Source of the DNA: a virus
Length of the DNA: 64,000 nucleotides
Reading direction: 5' to 3' (one strand)
Virus record (IMG/VR): IMGVR_UViG_3300043446_002337
Coordinates: 19,769 to 83,768 of that record
Positions 1 to 11,075 of the stretch are shown piece after piece. The stretch's first letter is position 1; each line of letters opens with the position of its first letter. The position numbers were made by a program, and so were the translations under genes. The notes beneath the pieces are model-generated. The model had not been told where the DNA came from, ran no database searches, and saw only the letters and a list, made by a program, of their open reading frames with translations.

Positions 1-1
1 T

Positions 2-1138
2 GCAGGTCAATTCGCTTACTCAGTAAACGATGCAACCTTAACCGGTTTAACCACCGCTCCAGCATCTGCATCATTCGCAGACGTAAACTTCAACGCAGAT
101 TACGTAGCAACTGGTAGTCTCTCAAAGTACACCGTAGCAACCAGTTCATTCAGTAACTTAGACAAGCTTGCAGTACGTTCATTCATTCCTTCAGGTTCAG
201 GAATTGATTTCGCTGCAACTGTTCTTCCAGAATTCACCAAGATTTCTGGTGCAAACGTAGTCTTCATCGTAAGTGCAAACGTAGCAGCAGGAAACACAAT
301 CAACTCAGTAGCATACAGTAAGCAACCAACCGACAGTACCCGTGGTGACTTCGAAGCAACCAGTGATACCGATATCGGAATCCCACAAATCGACCTTGAA
401 CTCCGTTCAGAAACCATCGTTGCTAAGACCCGTAAGTTGAAGGCAGTATGGTCACCAGAACTTGCTCAAGACTTGAATGCTTATCACAGTGTTGATGCAG
501 AAGCTGAATTAACAGCAATGTTAAGTGATTACATCTCAACCGAAATCGACCTCGAAATCCTTGATATGTTAATCGCAGCTGTACCATCACAAACCACTGA
601 ATACTGGTCAGCACAAATTGGTACCGTATACAACCCAACTTCTGGTGCATTCGCAGCTTCCTCATTCACTGGAACTGCATGGACCAACATGACCTGGTTC
701 CAAACACTCGGTCAAAAGATGCAAAAGGTATCAAACAAGATTCACCAATTAACCATGCGCGGTGGTGCAAACTTCGCAGTATGTTCACCAACCGTAGCAA
801 CCATCCTCGAAACCATCCCAGGCTTCATGGCTAACACCGATGGTGACAAGATGGAATTCGCAGGTGGCGTAACCAAGGTTGGTTCATTCCAAAACCGTTA
901 CACCATCTACAAGAACCCATACATGAAGGAAAATGTATTGTTAATGGGCTTCCGTGGAAGTAACTTCCTCGAAACTGGTGCAGTATATGCTCCATACATC
1001 CCACTCATCATGACCCCATTGGTCTATGATCCAAACAACTTCACACCACGCCGTGGTGTAATGACCCGTTACGCAAAGAAGGTAGTACGTCCGGAATTCT
1101 TCGGAAAGGTATACATCGACGGATTAAACTTAATCTAA
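2..1138 (+). CDS. gp23: Major capsid protein, T4 gp23-like (5'-truncated by window edge)
   Basis: Frame of ORF 437..1138 is open back to position 2; contains KTRKLKAVWSPELAQDLNAYHSVDAEAEL...EIDLEIL, YAPYIPL and PRRGVMTRYA motifs typical of gp23-family capsids; strong codon bias. Confidence 0.93.
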   Translation, partial: AGQFAYSVNDATLTGLTTAPASASFADVNFNADYVATGSLSKYTVATSSFSNLDKLAVRSFIPSGSGIDFAATVLPEFTKISGANVVFIVSANVAAGNTINSVAYSKQPTDSTRGDFEATSDTDIGIPQIDLELRSETIVAKTRKLKAVWSPELAQDLNAYHSVDAEAELTAMLSDYISTEIDLEILDMLIAAVPSQTTEYWSAQIGTVYNPTSGAFAASSFTGTAWTNMTWFQTLGQKMQKVSNKIHQLTMRGGANFAVCSPTVATILETIPGFMANTDGDKMEFAGGVTKVGSFQNRYTIYKNPYMKENVLLMGFRGSNFLETGAVYAPYIPLIMTPLVYDPNNFTPRRGVMTRYAKKVVRPEFFGKVYIDGLNLI

Positions 1139-1165
1139 TCCTCGTCGTAACGGTGGGAATAAATT

Positions 1166-1190
1166 GGGTGGCCGAAAGGTCACCCTTTTT
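1166..1190 (+). terminator. Rho-independent terminator after capsid gene
   Basis: GGGTGGCC-GAAA-GGTCACCC hairpin followed by TTTTT. Confidence 0.9.
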
Positions 1191-1229
1191 ATTTCTATTT
1201 AAAAATACCACTTAATCATTTAATAAAAC

Positions 1230-1236
1230 TATTTAT
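1230..1236 (+). promoter_or_regulatory. Putative late promoter TATTTAT
   Basis: Recurrent intergenic motif, 25 nt upstream of ATG 1262. Confidence 0.6.
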
Positions 1237-1261
1237 TCTAAGTCCCTAATTAGAGAGAATT

Positions 1262-2416
1262 ATGGAAACACAAGAACCAATTTTTTACGATGGTTTTCCT
1301 AAAAATCCGTTTGGTGTAACTCCGTTTGGATTTTTTGATAATGATGAAGATTTCCAATTAGACGCTCCAAGAGCAGCAGAATTCGTTGCAAGAAAACTTG
1401 GGTGGCCTGTTGTAGAAGTCGAATTGATTGATAAACAAATCTATGCATGCTTTGAAGAGGCAATTACCACATATGGTAATCAAGTCAATCAATTCAATGC
1501 GCGTGAACATATGATGACCTTACAGGGGTTACCAACTGCTACGTCCGCAACACAACGTAATATTGTTGGTTCTGCAATTCCACAAGTCGTAAAACTTGCA
1601 ACAGATTACGGTGTAGAAGCACAATCTGGTGGTGATGTAGAAGTTAAACGGGGTTATATCTCCGCGTCAGCTTTTACTCAATCATATGATATTAAGTCAC
1701 TATGGGCAGACGTAAGTGAAAGTGGGAAGAAAATAGAAATTCGTCGTATTTATCACTTTATGCCACCAGCAGTTGCACGTTACTATGACCCATTCGCAAC
1801 CACGGGTCTTGGGTTAACTAACTTGATGGCAGAATTCGGGTTTGATGGATATTCACCACCAGTCACCTTCGTGATGATGCCCGCATACGAAGATTTACTC
1901 CGTATTCAAGCAATTGAAATCAATGATATGATTCGTAAGAGTCAATACGGATTTGAAGTATCTAATAACATCATTAGATTCTCTCCTGTATTTAAAGAAT
2001 CAAAAATGATTTATTTTGATTATATGGTGGTAGACGATAAACAACTTAATACATTTCAATCTGGTTCTGATGTAGGAAGTGATTTATCTAATGTACCATA
2101 CACCCACATATCATATACTAAAACAAATGATATGTCACGTACCTGGATATTCAGATACACCCTTGCCTTAGCAAAAGAATTATTGGGTATCATTCGTTCA
2201 AAGTTTGAAAACATTCCATATCCAGACGGACAAATTCGTTTAGACGGTGAAATTCTTCGTCGAGAAGCCGTAGCTGAAAAGGAAGGATTAATTAAAGAAC
2301 TTCGTGAAACATTAGAAGAAACTGGAATGCAAGCACAAATGAAAAAACAAATGGAAAACTCTAAAAATATGCAAGAGATGTTCCGTAATATTCCTACTCT
2401 CATCTATATAGGTTAA
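1262..2416 (+). CDS. Neck/head-tail adaptor protein (T4 gp13-like)
   Basis: RKLGWPVVEVEL and WIFRYTLALAKELLG...P.DG..L.G motifs; position after capsid gene. Confidence 0.75.
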   Translation: METQEPIFYDGFPKNPFGVTPFGFFDNDEDFQLDAPRAAEFVARKLGWPVVEVELIDKQIYACFEEAITTYGNQVNQFNAREHMMTLQGLPTATSATQRNIVGSAIPQVVKLATDYGVEAQSGGDVEVKRGYISASAFTQSYDIKSLWADVSESGKKIEIRRIYHFMPPAVARYYDPFATTGLGLTNLMAEFGFDGYSPPVTFVMMPAYEDLLRIQAIEINDMIRKSQYGFEVSNNIIRFSPVFKESKMIYFDYMVVDDKQLNTFQSGSDVGSDLSNVPYTHISYTKTNDMSRTWIFRYTLALAKELLGIIRSKFENIPYPDGQIRLDGEILRREAVAEKEGLIKELRETLEETGMQAQMKKQMENSKNMQEMFRNIPTLIYIG

Positions 2417-2419
2417 TAC

Positions 2420-2878
2420 ATGGCACGCTTTGTTACACAACGTGATTTTGAATTCATCCAACACATCACTCGGGAATTGATTGATGAGACGATGGATGTC
2501 ACCGTTATTCTTTATAAGATTATAGTAGAATCCGCTAAAGTAAACATTTATGGGGAAAGTGTAACTAAACCACGATATACCCCTGTAAAAGTAAATGCGA
2601 TTATTAAATACGATAAAAATACTTCAGTACGAGAAGATGGATTTGGTGTAAATCAGGACCAACAAACAGAATTCAGATTTGCGCGTCGCATGCTACAAGA
2701 CGTAAATACGTACCCAGAAATCGGTGATGTGATTGGGTATAACAATCATTTTTACGAAATTCATAATATTACAGAAACACAACTCATCGCAGGTAAGCCA
2801 GGGTTTAATACCGCAATCATTTGTATGGCACACTTAACTCGTCGTACAAGTATTGATATTGAAGAGGTACAAGTATGA
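2420..2878 (+). CDS. Head closure/neck protein (T4 gp14-like)
   Basis: NIYGES and YPEIGDVI...FYEI motifs; synteny. Confidence 0.65.
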   Translation: MARFVTQRDFEFIQHITRELIDETMDVTVILYKIIVESAKVNIYGESVTKPRYTPVKVNAIIKYDKNTSVREDGFGVNQDQQTEFRFARRMLQDVNTYPEIGDVIGYNNHFYEIHNITETQLIAGKPGFNTAIICMAHLTRRTSIDIEEVQV

Positions 2879-3657
2879 CCCACGAACCAGTATTAAAACG
2901 GGTAGATTTACAACAAGAAAAGCAGGTTCAAGACCGTTCCAGTGATATCCCAACCAATGGTACACCTCCTATTGCGGTAACATTATTTACAATTGATAAT
3001 GCAATTCTTAAACATATGAATGAACGTATCAAACCGCTTGTAACACAAAATAATGTAGCGGTTAAAGTACCTGTCATTTACGGTAGTCCTGAACGCTGGA
3101 AGTCTGCACAACGTGATGGTGTCATGCGTGATTCTATTGGTAAGATTCAATTACCGATGATTATGATTCGTCGAACTGGAATGAAGAAGTCCATTATCAA
3201 TTCTCCCGTTAACAAGTATTTAGAACGAACCTTTGAAACGGGGTGGAATAGACGGACTCCATATGACCAATTTGCGGTAAAAAACAACATCACACCAAGT
3301 CGTGAATATTTAGTTACCACACTTCCTGACTATTACGAAATAACCTATCGTTGTATGATTTGGACCGAATATATGGAACAAATGAATAATGTGGTAGAAA
3401 ACGTTTCCTTCGAAACTGACCAATATTGGGGTGACCAAAACAACTATAAATTCCGTACTTCTGTGAAGTCATTTGAACCTATGACAGAGTTACCAATTAC
3501 AGAGGATCGCGTGGTACGCACACAATTTGATATGACCGTATATGCATATCTCTTACCAGAAACTGCTCTAGATAAAAACAATAACAGAAGTCTTACTTCC
3601 AATAAGAGATATTCCATCAAAAAAACGGTTGTTTTTACTGAAATAGAAAGTGAATAA
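2875..3657 (+). CDS. Tail terminator/sheath stabilizer (T4 gp15-like)
   Basis: KVPVIYGSPERW, LPMI, EQMNNVVE motifs; ATGA overlap with upstream gene; synteny. Confidence 0.7.
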   Translation: MTHEPVLKRVDLQQEKQVQDRSSDIPTNGTPPIAVTLFTIDNAILKHMNERIKPLVTQNNVAVKVPVIYGSPERWKSAQRDGVMRDSIGKIQLPMIMIRRTGMKKSIINSPVNKYLERTFETGWNRRTPYDQFAVKNNITPSREYLVTTLPDYYEITYRCMIWTEYMEQMNNVVENVSFETDQYWGDQNNYKFRTSVKSFEPMTELPITEDRVVRTQFDMTVYAYLLPETALDKNNNRSLTSNKRYSIKKTVVFTEIESE

Positions 3658-3681
3658 TTGATGTTTAGGTAAAAAAACAGA

Positions 3682-3688
3682 TATTTAT
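3682..3688 (+). promoter_or_regulatory. Putative late promoter TATTTAT
   Basis: Recurrent motif, 34 nt upstream of ATG 3723. Confidence 0.55.
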
Positions 3689-3722
3689 TATACGAGTTGT
3701 ATTGTATTCAAAAGAGGTTATT

Positions 3723-3989
3723 ATGGTAGAAATTACTAAGGAAGAATTAGAAGAAATTAGTATTTTAAGAAATAAATTAGCAACGGTAGTCTCTGACTCT
3801 GGACAAGTAACGTTACAAATCCAATTACTCCAGGCAGATATCGTAGAACTAAATGAAAAACTTAGTGAACAAACTAAGTTATTCAAGGGGTTACTAGAAG
3901 AAGAACAAGTATTACTTAAACGGTTATCTGAGAAGTATGGCGCTGGACAAATTAACTTTGAAACCGGCGAATTCACACCAGAGAAATAA
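3723..3989 (+). CDS. Small coiled-coil hypothetical protein
   Basis: ATG 3723 preceded by GAGG; heptad-rich, ends EKYGAGQINFETGEF. Confidence 0.7.
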   Translation: MVEITKEELEEISILRNKLATVVSDSGQVTLQIQLLQADIVELNEKLSEQTKLFKGLLEEEQVLLKRLSEKYGAGQINFETGEFTPEK

Positions 3990-4014
3990 CAAAATTTAGT
4001 TTGGAGAATACCGT

Positions 4015-6351
4015 ATGGCAGAAAGAATCGTGTCGCCTGGTGTCTTTACACAAGAACGCGACCAAACATTCCTCGCACAAGGCGTTGCAGAAATAGGTGC
4101 GGCGTTTGTTGGTCCAACTACCAAAGGACCAGCATTCATAGCTACCCAAGTTCAAGGATTAGATGGATTCGTAACAACCTTCGGTGAACCCGATGGTACC
4201 TCGTACATGGGATATACTGTTAAGAACTACCTTCAAGAAGCAGGTAGTGCAACAGTAGTTCGTGTTCTTGGATTAGCAGGATACACAACTAAAGTAGCGA
4301 CCGTGTTTGCATCTGGTTCTACTGGAAACAAGGTATTCGCAATTCTTCATCCAACTGTATCTGGAAGTTCAATTACTAACGTAGCAGTAGGTGGTACTAC
4401 ATCAAGCTTCAGTTTAGTGGTCAGTAGTTCTGCTAACATCCACTATTCGGCAAGTGCTATTAGTCCAAATGAAACCAACGCTTCATTCATCACTCAAGTA
4501 TTTGGAACTGATGCACAAGGTAAGAGTTCAACAATTCCAGCATATGTGTATGCAGTATTCCCAGATGCAATTAACCAAGTTGGTTCATACGCCGGTGAAG
4601 CAATTCACTTTAGTGTAGTTACAAGTAGTCTCAATCTTGCAACACAATATGATAACGCAACCACACCATGGGTTCGTTCACAAACTATTAGTTCTGCTAA
4701 ATACAATTTGTTCAAGGTACACACATTAAGTGATGGTACTAGTGCAAACAAGGAAATCAAGATTTCTATCACAGGTATCTCACCAAGTACCAACCCAGAT
4801 AGTGATTATGGTACATTCTCACTTTTAGTTCGTGACTTCAATGATACTGATAGTTCACCAAACGTACTTGAAAGTTTCAACAACTTAAACTTAGACCCAA
4901 GTAGTCAAAACTATATTGCACGTGTAATTGGAAATGCAGTACCAACATATAATGCATCTACTGGATTAACCAACTACGAAGGTGATTATCCAAACCTTTC
5001 AAAGTATATCCGCGTAGAAATGAGTCAAGATGTAATTCCAGACACAGCAGTACCATACGGATTCGCAGCATTAAATTCAACTGTATCATCAAGTGCAGGT
5101 GAAGTACCACTTACCGCATATGTAAACAGTCGTTGGGTAAGCGCTAGTGTTCCAGGATATAATGCAGATGCAACTGGTCCAAGTACTAGCTACTATGGAT
5201 TTAATTTTGACGGAGTATATTCTTCTGGTAGTTACCTTACCGCAGAATCATACCTTGGACCAATTGTTGGTTCAAATACCGTTGGTGGAGAATTCAATAT
5301 TGAAAACCTTCCAGCAACAGAAGTAAACGGAAGTGCAATTTCTCTTACTAATCGCGACCACACAACGTATCGTCGCTTCTCTGTTCCATTCCAAGGTGGA
5401 TTTGATGGATTTAAACCAAATCGTCAAATTGCATTAGGTGGAGACATCACAGGAGCAAATACTCAAGGATTCAACCTCAGTGGAGCATCATCGTCTGGTT
5501 CAGTTGAATATAAGAGAGCATTAAATCAACTCAGTAATGCAGACAGTGTAGATTTTAACCTCTTAGTTGTACCTGGTGTCATCTACTCACAACACAGTTA
5601 TATTGCACAAACTGCAATCGATATCTGTGAACAACGTGGTGATTGCTTCTACATCGCTGACCTTGATACACTTGACGCAACTATCAGTTCAGTAACTTCA
5701 TATGCACAACTTCTTGATACTAACTACGCAGCTGGTTACTATCCTTGGGTTCGTGTTCTTGACGATATCACTGGTAAGTTCCTCTGGGCACCACCATCAG
5801 TAGTACTTCCAGAAGTCTACGCATATAGTGATAGTGTTGGAGCAGAATGGTTCGCACCAGCAGGGTTGAACCGTGGTGGAATCCCAGGCGCAGTAGGTGT
5901 TAAGACCAGACTCACCCAAGCACAACGTGACGAATTATACGAATCAAAGGTCAATCCAATCGCACAATTCCCAGGTCAAGGTATCTGCGTCTGGGGACAA
6001 AAGACACTTCAACGTCGCGCATCGGCTCTTGACCGTGTAAACGTTCGTCGTCTCCTTATCACTGTAAAGAAGTATATCGCAAGTTCAGCACGTTATCTTG
6101 TATTCGAACAAAATACAGAAGCAACACGTACTCGCTTCTTGAACATTGTCAATCCATACCTCGCAGGTATCCAACAACGTTCTGGTTTGAGTGCATTCCG
6201 TGTGGTAATGGACGAAACCAATAACACACCAGATGTCATTGACCGTAACATCTTGGTTGGTGCAATCTATCTCCAACCAACCCGTACCGCAGAATTCATC
6301 AAGTTGGATTTCAATATTCTCCCAACTGGTGCAACCTTCGATACTATCTAA
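4015..6351 (+). CDS. gp18: Contractile tail sheath protein
   Basis: N-terminal SPGVFTQERD; C-terminal WFAPAGLNRG, WGQKTL, RVNVRRL, PTRTAEFI motifs. Confidence 0.95.
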   Translation: MAERIVSPGVFTQERDQTFLAQGVAEIGAAFVGPTTKGPAFIATQVQGLDGFVTTFGEPDGTSYMGYTVKNYLQEAGSATVVRVLGLAGYTTKVATVFASGSTGNKVFAILHPTVSGSSITNVAVGGTTSSFSLVVSSSANIHYSASAISPNETNASFITQVFGTDAQGKSSTIPAYVYAVFPDAINQVGSYAGEAIHFSVVTSSLNLATQYDNATTPWVRSQTISSAKYNLFKVHTLSDGTSANKEIKISITGISPSTNPDSDYGTFSLLVRDFNDTDSSPNVLESFNNLNLDPSSQNYIARVIGNAVPTYNASTGLTNYEGDYPNLSKYIRVEMSQDVIPDTAVPYGFAALNSTVSSSAGEVPLTAYVNSRWVSASVPGYNADATGPSTSYYGFNFDGVYSSGSYLTAESYLGPIVGSNTVGGEFNIENLPATEVNGSAISLTNRDHTTYRRFSVPFQGGFDGFKPNRQIALGGDITGANTQGFNLSGASSSGSVEYKRALNQLSNADSVDFNLLVVPGVIYSQHSYIAQTAIDICEQRGDCFYIADLDTLDATISSVTSYAQLLDTNYAAGYYPWVRVLDDITGKFLWAPPSVVLPEVYAYSDSVGAEWFAPAGLNRGGIPGAVGVKTRLTQAQRDELYESKVNPIAQFPGQGICVWGQKTLQRRASALDRVNVRRLLITVKKYIASSARYLVFEQNTEATRTRFLNIVNPYLAGIQQRSGLSAFRVVMDETNNTPDVIDRNILVGAIYLQPTRTAEFIKLDFNILPTGATFDTI

Positions 6352-6371
6352 TCAGTTTTTTCAATAACAAC

Positions 6372-6378
6372 TATTTAT
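6372..6378 (+). promoter_or_regulatory. Putative late promoter TATTTAT
   Basis: Recurrent motif, 30 nt upstream of ATG 6409. Confidence 0.6.
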
Positions 6379-6408
6379 TAAAGTACCAATCTATATCTGG
6401 AGAGCCAT

Positions 6409-6897
6409 ATGGCAAATTTGGTCAATGAACAAGAACTCTTTTTCACCGCATTCGAACCAAAGACTGCGAATCGATATATTATGTCTATCGACGGAATTCC
6501 TTCATATCTTATCAAGAAGGCAGACCGTCCAAAGTTAACCCAAGAAAAGAAGAAGCTTGACCACATCAATCTTCAACGCTATATTAAGGGTAAGACTGTA
6601 TGGGACGAAATGACCCTTGACTTGTATGACCCAATTGTTCCTTCTGGTGCACAAGCAGTAATGGAATGGGTTCGTCTTCACCACGAATCAGTCACAGGTC
6701 GTGATGGATACGCAGAATTCTACAAGAAGGACATTATTATCAATGTTCTTGGTCCAGTAGGTGATAAGGTTGAAGAATGGATTTTGAAGGGATGTCAAAT
6801 CACCAAAGTTGAATTCGGTGAAATGAGTTGGGAAAAGGATGACCCAATGTCAATCTCACTTACTATCCAACCTGACTACTGTATCCTCAACTACTAA
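6409..6897 (+). CDS. gp19: Tail tube protein
   Basis: 162 aa directly after sheath; FEPK..NR, YKKD, GPVGD.VEEW.LKG motifs typical of tube proteins. Confidence 0.88.
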   Translation: MANLVNEQELFFTAFEPKTANRYIMSIDGIPSYLIKKADRPKLTQEKKKLDHINLQRYIKGKTVWDEMTLDLYDPIVPSGAQAVMEWVRLHHESVTGRDGYAEFYKKDIIINVLGPVGDKVEEWILKGCQITKVEFGEMSWEKDDPMSISLTIQPDYCILNY

Positions 6898-6912
6898 TAA
6901 CTTAGTAAGTAT

Positions 6913-6942
6913 AAAAACCCCACTCAAAAAGTGGGGTTTTTT
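6913..6942 (+). terminator. Rho-independent (possibly bidirectional) terminator
   Basis: AAAAACCCCACT-CAAAA-AGTGGGGTTTTTT inverted repeat. Confidence 0.9.
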
Positions 6943-6964
6943 GTTATATACCAATACTTTGTGA

Positions 6965-6971
6965 TACTTAT
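6965..6971 (+). promoter_or_regulatory. Putative late promoter variant TACTTAT
   Basis: One mismatch to the recurrent motif, 28 nt upstream of ATG 7000, just after a terminator. Confidence 0.5.
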
Positions 6972-6999
6972 ATAAAGGTGTATTTTTTCGAGGAAAATT

Positions 7000-7338
7000 A
7001 TGGCAGAAATTACTGAATTTAATATTGGTCAAGGAGAAACCTTCAAAATATTGATGACTGTTATTAATGATGAAACTGGTGTGCCGCTAGATATTACCAG
7101 TCAATCATTCTCTGGACAAATTCGAGAAAACTATAGTACTGAAACTTTAGCAGGAACATTTAATTTTCAAAAAGTAGAACCGTACGCTTCTGGCAGTATT
7201 TTCGTATCATTAACCCCCACACAAACGGAAGAACTTAGTCAAAGAAAATATGTCTATGATATTCTTATGACCAGTGGTTCGGTTACAAGAAGAATACTAG
7301 AAGGATATATGGTAATCAGACCTGCTGCTACGAGATAA
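7000..7338 (+). CDS. Small virion beta-sandwich protein, possible fibre attachment/collar protein
   Basis: 112 aa; I.QG.TF...LDIT...GQIR...LT..QT.....YVYD....RILEG pattern common in T4-like virion proteins; precedes fibre genes. Confidence 0.6.
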   Translation: MAEITEFNIGQGETFKILMTVINDETGVPLDITSQSFSGQIRENYSTETLAGTFNFQKVEPYASGSIFVSLTPTQTEELSQRKYVYDILMTSGSVTRRILEGYMVIRPAATR

Positions 7339-7341
7339 TTA

Positions 7342-10300
7342 ATGTCCATAGAATTAGATATTCCCGATATTAAAGTTTTAATACGTACAGATCCAAATTA
7401 CAATGTTGTCATTCAAAACCCACGGTCATCTGTATACCGTTCTGGGTCATATGTATCGTTTGCTGAATTAGCATCATCTGCGGTTTCTGCGTCTTTTGCG
7501 ACAACTGCTTCATATGCGGTATCTTCATCATATGCTTCCGCAAATCTATTAACTGCCTCTGTTGCAGGAAATATACTTACATTTACAAAAGGTGACGGAC
7601 AAAATTTTAGTGTTACCTTAAGTACTGGGTCCGTTGATAGTGCATCGTTCGCAACTACAGCCTCATACGCACAAACTATTAACAGACAAATTAGTGGGTC
7701 AGTAGCTATTACGGGTTCTACCACCATTACAGATGATTTAACAGTTCAAGGTATTCTTAGTGCAGAGAAACTATTAGTATCTTCTTCTATCATTTATGAG
7801 TCTGGGTCAACAAAGTTTGGTGATTCATTAGATGATACACATCAGTTTACAGGGTCGGTATCAATAAAAGGACCACTTTCTGCTTCAAGTGGAATTACAG
7901 GGTCATTTAAGGGTGATGGTTCACAACTTACAGGATTAGTTACAGACCTTAGAATTAGTGGATCTACCGGTAGTGATGTTCTTAACCTACTTACAGATGA
8001 TTTAATTGTTAGTGGTGTAAATGGTATCACCACTGTAGTAAGTAATAATAAGTTAACAATTGATGTACCTGTTGGATTAACTGCGTCATTATATGGCACC
8101 GCAAGTGTTGCAGACGGAATTGATGTAGTTATTGCTGGCATATATGAAACTGGAAGTGAAGGAGTTATCATTCCTACACCTTCTGGCGGACTGACTTATA
8201 TCAATAGCGCAAGTTATGCATTAACTGCAAGTTATCTTAATAATAACGTATGGGAAAATATTTCAAATATACCAGACGGATTACTGTCCAGTTCAGTTCA
8301 AGTATATAATCTTCCTGTAGAAAGTGCATCGTATGCAACTACTGCAAGTTATGCAAATGCAAATACAGTAACTACAAATCAAAATTATCCATTTCAAGTT
8401 TTATTTGTTAGTGAATCTAAATTAGCTGTAGATATTGGACCACATTTAGTATTTAATCCATACTCTCACATATTACAAATTAGTGGTGGAACTGGTGTTT
8501 TCGGTGGAGTGGCACAACTAACTCCAAGAGGGCTATCGCTTACATCCGCATCCGCAGTAGAAGTACTCGCATTAAATCATTACGGAATACATATAAAGCA
8601 CGACGGTAATACGATAGGATTAGCAGCACTACCAGTGTCAAGTAGTCCATATATTGCAAATGGTACTCAACCTGGTATATTCGTTACCAGTGGAAGTGAA
8701 TTTGGAAGTGCATATGTGCCATTAGAATTCCAAGGTTCGGGAAGTTATACTGATGGTCGTGTAACTGCAAATAGAAAATTTGTTGCAAAGGAAGGAATCG
8801 AAGTTACGGGTTCACTTACCATTTCTGGTTCTTCTACATTAACAAATATCGGACCCGCCGTATTCAGTGGGTCATTAGATGTCACGGATGGAATCACAGG
8901 TTCGTTATATGGTACTAGTAGTTGGGCAAATACAGCTGTAACCGCTTCATATGTAGTTACCGCAAGTTATGCAATGAATGGTGGTGGCGGTGGTGGTTCT
9001 GGAACATCGGGCACCAGTGGTACCTCTGGACAAAATGGTACCTCTGGTTCTTCTGGTAGCGCAGGAACATCAGGTTCAAGTGGCACCTCTGGAGCAACAG
9101 GAGCAAGTGGAAGTTCAGGAACCTCTGGTTCTACTGGAAGTTCAGGTACATCTGGACAAAATGGAAGTAGTGGAAGTTCAGGTAGTACAGGAACATCGGG
9201 TTCAAGTGGTACTTCTGGAGCAACGGGCGCCAGCGGAAGTTCAGGAACTTCTGGCAGTAGTGGAACTTCCGGACAAAATGGTACGTCAGGAACAACAGGT
9301 AGTAGTGGCACCAGTGGAGAATCTGGAACCAGTGGTTCATCGGGAACCTCTGGAGAATCTGGTACATCTGGTAGCAGTGGAACTTCAGGTGAATCGGGTT
9401 CGTCTGGTACCTCTGGAGAATCTGGAACTAACGGTTCTTCTGGTACATCGGGGTCATCTGGTACAAGTGGTGTAAATGGTGATATTTATTCCACCACATC
9501 ATCTACATCCAATTCAATTGGAACAGGAAACAAAACGTTTACCGTAAATGACAATGGATTAGCATATACCAACGGACAAACAGTTATTGTTGCAAGAGCA
9601 GCAGATTATGCAACACGAATGGAAGGTACTGTAGTTAGTTATAATGATGGTACCGATACATTAGTCATTAATGTAACATCAACTGTAGGTTCTGGTGGAC
9701 CGTATACGGATTGGCAAGTCAACGTAGGTGGTGTCCCGGGACAATCAGGAACTTCTGGTTCTTCTGGAACTTCGGGTAGTAGTGGCACCTCGGGTGAAAC
9801 TGGACCAGCAGGAACTTCTGGTTCCTCGGGCACTTCTGGACAAAATGGTACCTCCGGTACTTCAGGAAGTACAGGAACTAGTGGGTCGTCTGGTACATCG
9901 GGTACAGGATTTAATACCATATCAAATCCAGCAGATAATAGAATATTGACTTCTGATGGAACAACAAATTCCGCCGTAGCAGAATCTAACTTAACATTTA
10001 ATGGGTCAACCCTTACGGTTACAGGTAATCAAATTGTTTCTGGTGCATTGACTGTTACGGGATTACTTACCGTAGCAACAATGTCCACGCAATATGTAAC
10101 TTCGTCCCAATACAACATTGGGGTAAGTAAAATTACATTAAATGATGATGATAATGTTAGATTTGCGGGTATTTCTGTCTATGATTCAGGGTCAACAAAC
10201 GCATCGGCATCTATTTATTGGGACAGTCAAAACCACCATTTCTTATATGAAAATTTAAGTGGGTCTGCATACAAGAGTGCATTAATTATTGCAGGACCAA

Positions 10301-11037
10301 AGAACACTGGGTCATTAGGACAAGAAGTAGGATTAACTACAGGATATATTCCAGTTGCAACAGGCGATGACCATATCAGTAATTCTATTGTATCACAAAG
10401 TGGAACTCAAGTTAGTATTGCAGGAACAGTTCTCGCAACTAACTTTACAAGTTCTATTGTAAATGGAGTAGGATTCTTTGGTACATCGTCATATGCAGTA
10501 TCATCATCACACGCAACAACAGCAACAACTGCAACATCGGTTCTGTCTACACCAGCAACGGCATCATTTGCACTTACCGCGTCATACGCAGCACCGTTGG
10601 GATTACCACAAGGACTGGTATCTAGTAGTACACAGATTGCAAGTTTTGGTAATATTCGTCTAACGGTGGGTACAAGTAGAGCCAATGCATCGGCGTTCTA
10701 TTTTAATTCAAACGTAAGAACTGCGGGTGATTCGGCATCACCTTCCGCAGATACCGCATTTTTAGTTAACTCAACCGGATTGAGTACAGTTACGGTGTAT
10801 TTACGTCAAGACAATGCAAGTACAAATTCTACATTGGTAGGTATTGCTAAAAATGCAAATGGAGCAGCATTTTCTGGGGCAACATTAATCGCCAGTTCTT
10901 CGTTAAACCTAACACAAGATACAATTCAGACATATACTTTCTCTGGATTAACACTAAGTCAATTTGATGCAATTCACATATATTGTGACCCAACTAATAC
11001 ACCAGGTTCATTGTTCGGAGTGGTTGTCGTATCATAG
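7342..11037 (+). CDS. Fibre protein 1 with two Gly-Ser/Thr repeat tracts
   Basis: 1231 aa; TASYA repeats, [20 protein letters not shown] module, (G-S/T-S/T)n tracts. Confidence 0.8.
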   Translation: MSIELDIPDIKVLIRTDPNYNVVIQNPRSSVYRSGSYVSFAELASSAVSASFATTASYAVSSSYASANLLTASVAGNILTFTKGDGQNFSVTLSTGSVDSASFATTASYAQTINRQISGSVAITGSTTITDDLTVQGILSAEKLLVSSSIIYESGSTKFGDSLDDTHQFTGSVSIKGPLSASSGITGSFKGDGSQLTGLVTDLRISGSTGSDVLNLLTDDLIVSGVNGITTVVSNNKLTIDVPVGLTASLYGTASVADGIDVVIAGIYETGSEGVIIPTPSGGLTYINSASYALTASYLNNNVWENISNIPDGLLSSSVQVYNLPVESASYATTASYANANTVTTNQNYPFQVLFVSESKLAVDIGPHLVFNPYSHILQISGGTGVFGGVAQLTPRGLSLTSASAVEVLALNHYGIHIKHDGNTIGLAALPVSSSPYIANGTQPGIFVTSGSEFGSAYVPLEFQGSGSYTDGRVTANRKFVAKEGIEVTGSLTISGSSTLTNIGPAVFSGSLDVTDGITGSLYGTSSWANTAVTASYVVTASYAMNGGGGGGSGTSGTSGTSGQNGTSGSSGSAGTSGSSGTSGATGASGSSGTSGSTGSSGTSGQNGSSGSSGSTGTSGSSGTSGATGASGSSGTSGSSGTSGQNGTSGTTGSSGTSGESGTSGSSGTSGESGTSGSSGTSGESGSSGTSGESGTNGSSGTSGSSGTSGVNGDIYSTTSSTSNSIGTGNKTFTVNDNGLAYTNGQTVIVARAADYATRMEGTVVSYNDGTDTLVINVTSTVGSGGPYTDWQVNVGGVPGQSGTSGSSGTSGSSGTSGETGPAGTSGSSGTSGQNGTSGTSGSTGTSGSSGTSGTGFNTISNPADNRILTSDGTTNSAVAESNLTFNGSTLTVTGNQIVSGALTVTGLLTVATMSTQYVTSSQYNIGVSKITLNDDDNVRFAGISVYDSGSTNASASIYWDSQNHHFLYENLSGSAYKSALIIAGPKNTGSLGQEVGLTTGYIPVATGDDHISNSIVSQSGTQVSIAGTVLATNFTSSIVNGVGFFGTSSYAVSSSHATTATTATSVLSTPATASFALTASYAAPLGLPQGLVSSSTQIASFGNIRLTVGTSRANASAFYFNSNVRTAGDSASPSADTAFLVNSTGLSTVTVYLRQDNASTNSTLVGIAKNANGAAFSGATLIASSSLNLTQDTIQTYTFSGLTLSQFDAIHIYCDPTNTPGSLFGVVVVS
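9001..9480 (+). repeat. Gly-X-Y (GTS/GSS) coding repeat tract
   Basis: 9-nt periodic degenerate repeat encoding [10 protein letters not shown]...; ends approximate. Confidence 0.9.
9739..9906 (+). repeat. Gly-X-Y (GTS/GSS) coding repeat tract
   Basis: Second tract in fibre 1; ends approximate. Confidence 0.9.
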
Positions 11038-11043
11038 TCACAC

Positions 11044-11050
11044 TATTTAT
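11044..11050 (+). promoter_or_regulatory. Putative late promoter TATTTAT
   Basis: Recurrent motif, 25 nt upstream of ATG 11076. Confidence 0.6.
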
Positions 11051-11075
11051 TAAAGAATTTATTTATTGAGATAAT

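Noticed and set aside
100-665. Minus-strand ORFs over the capsid gene, and similar antisense ORFs elsewhere
   Set aside because: Antisense to well-supported genes with biased codon usage; no recognisable motifs
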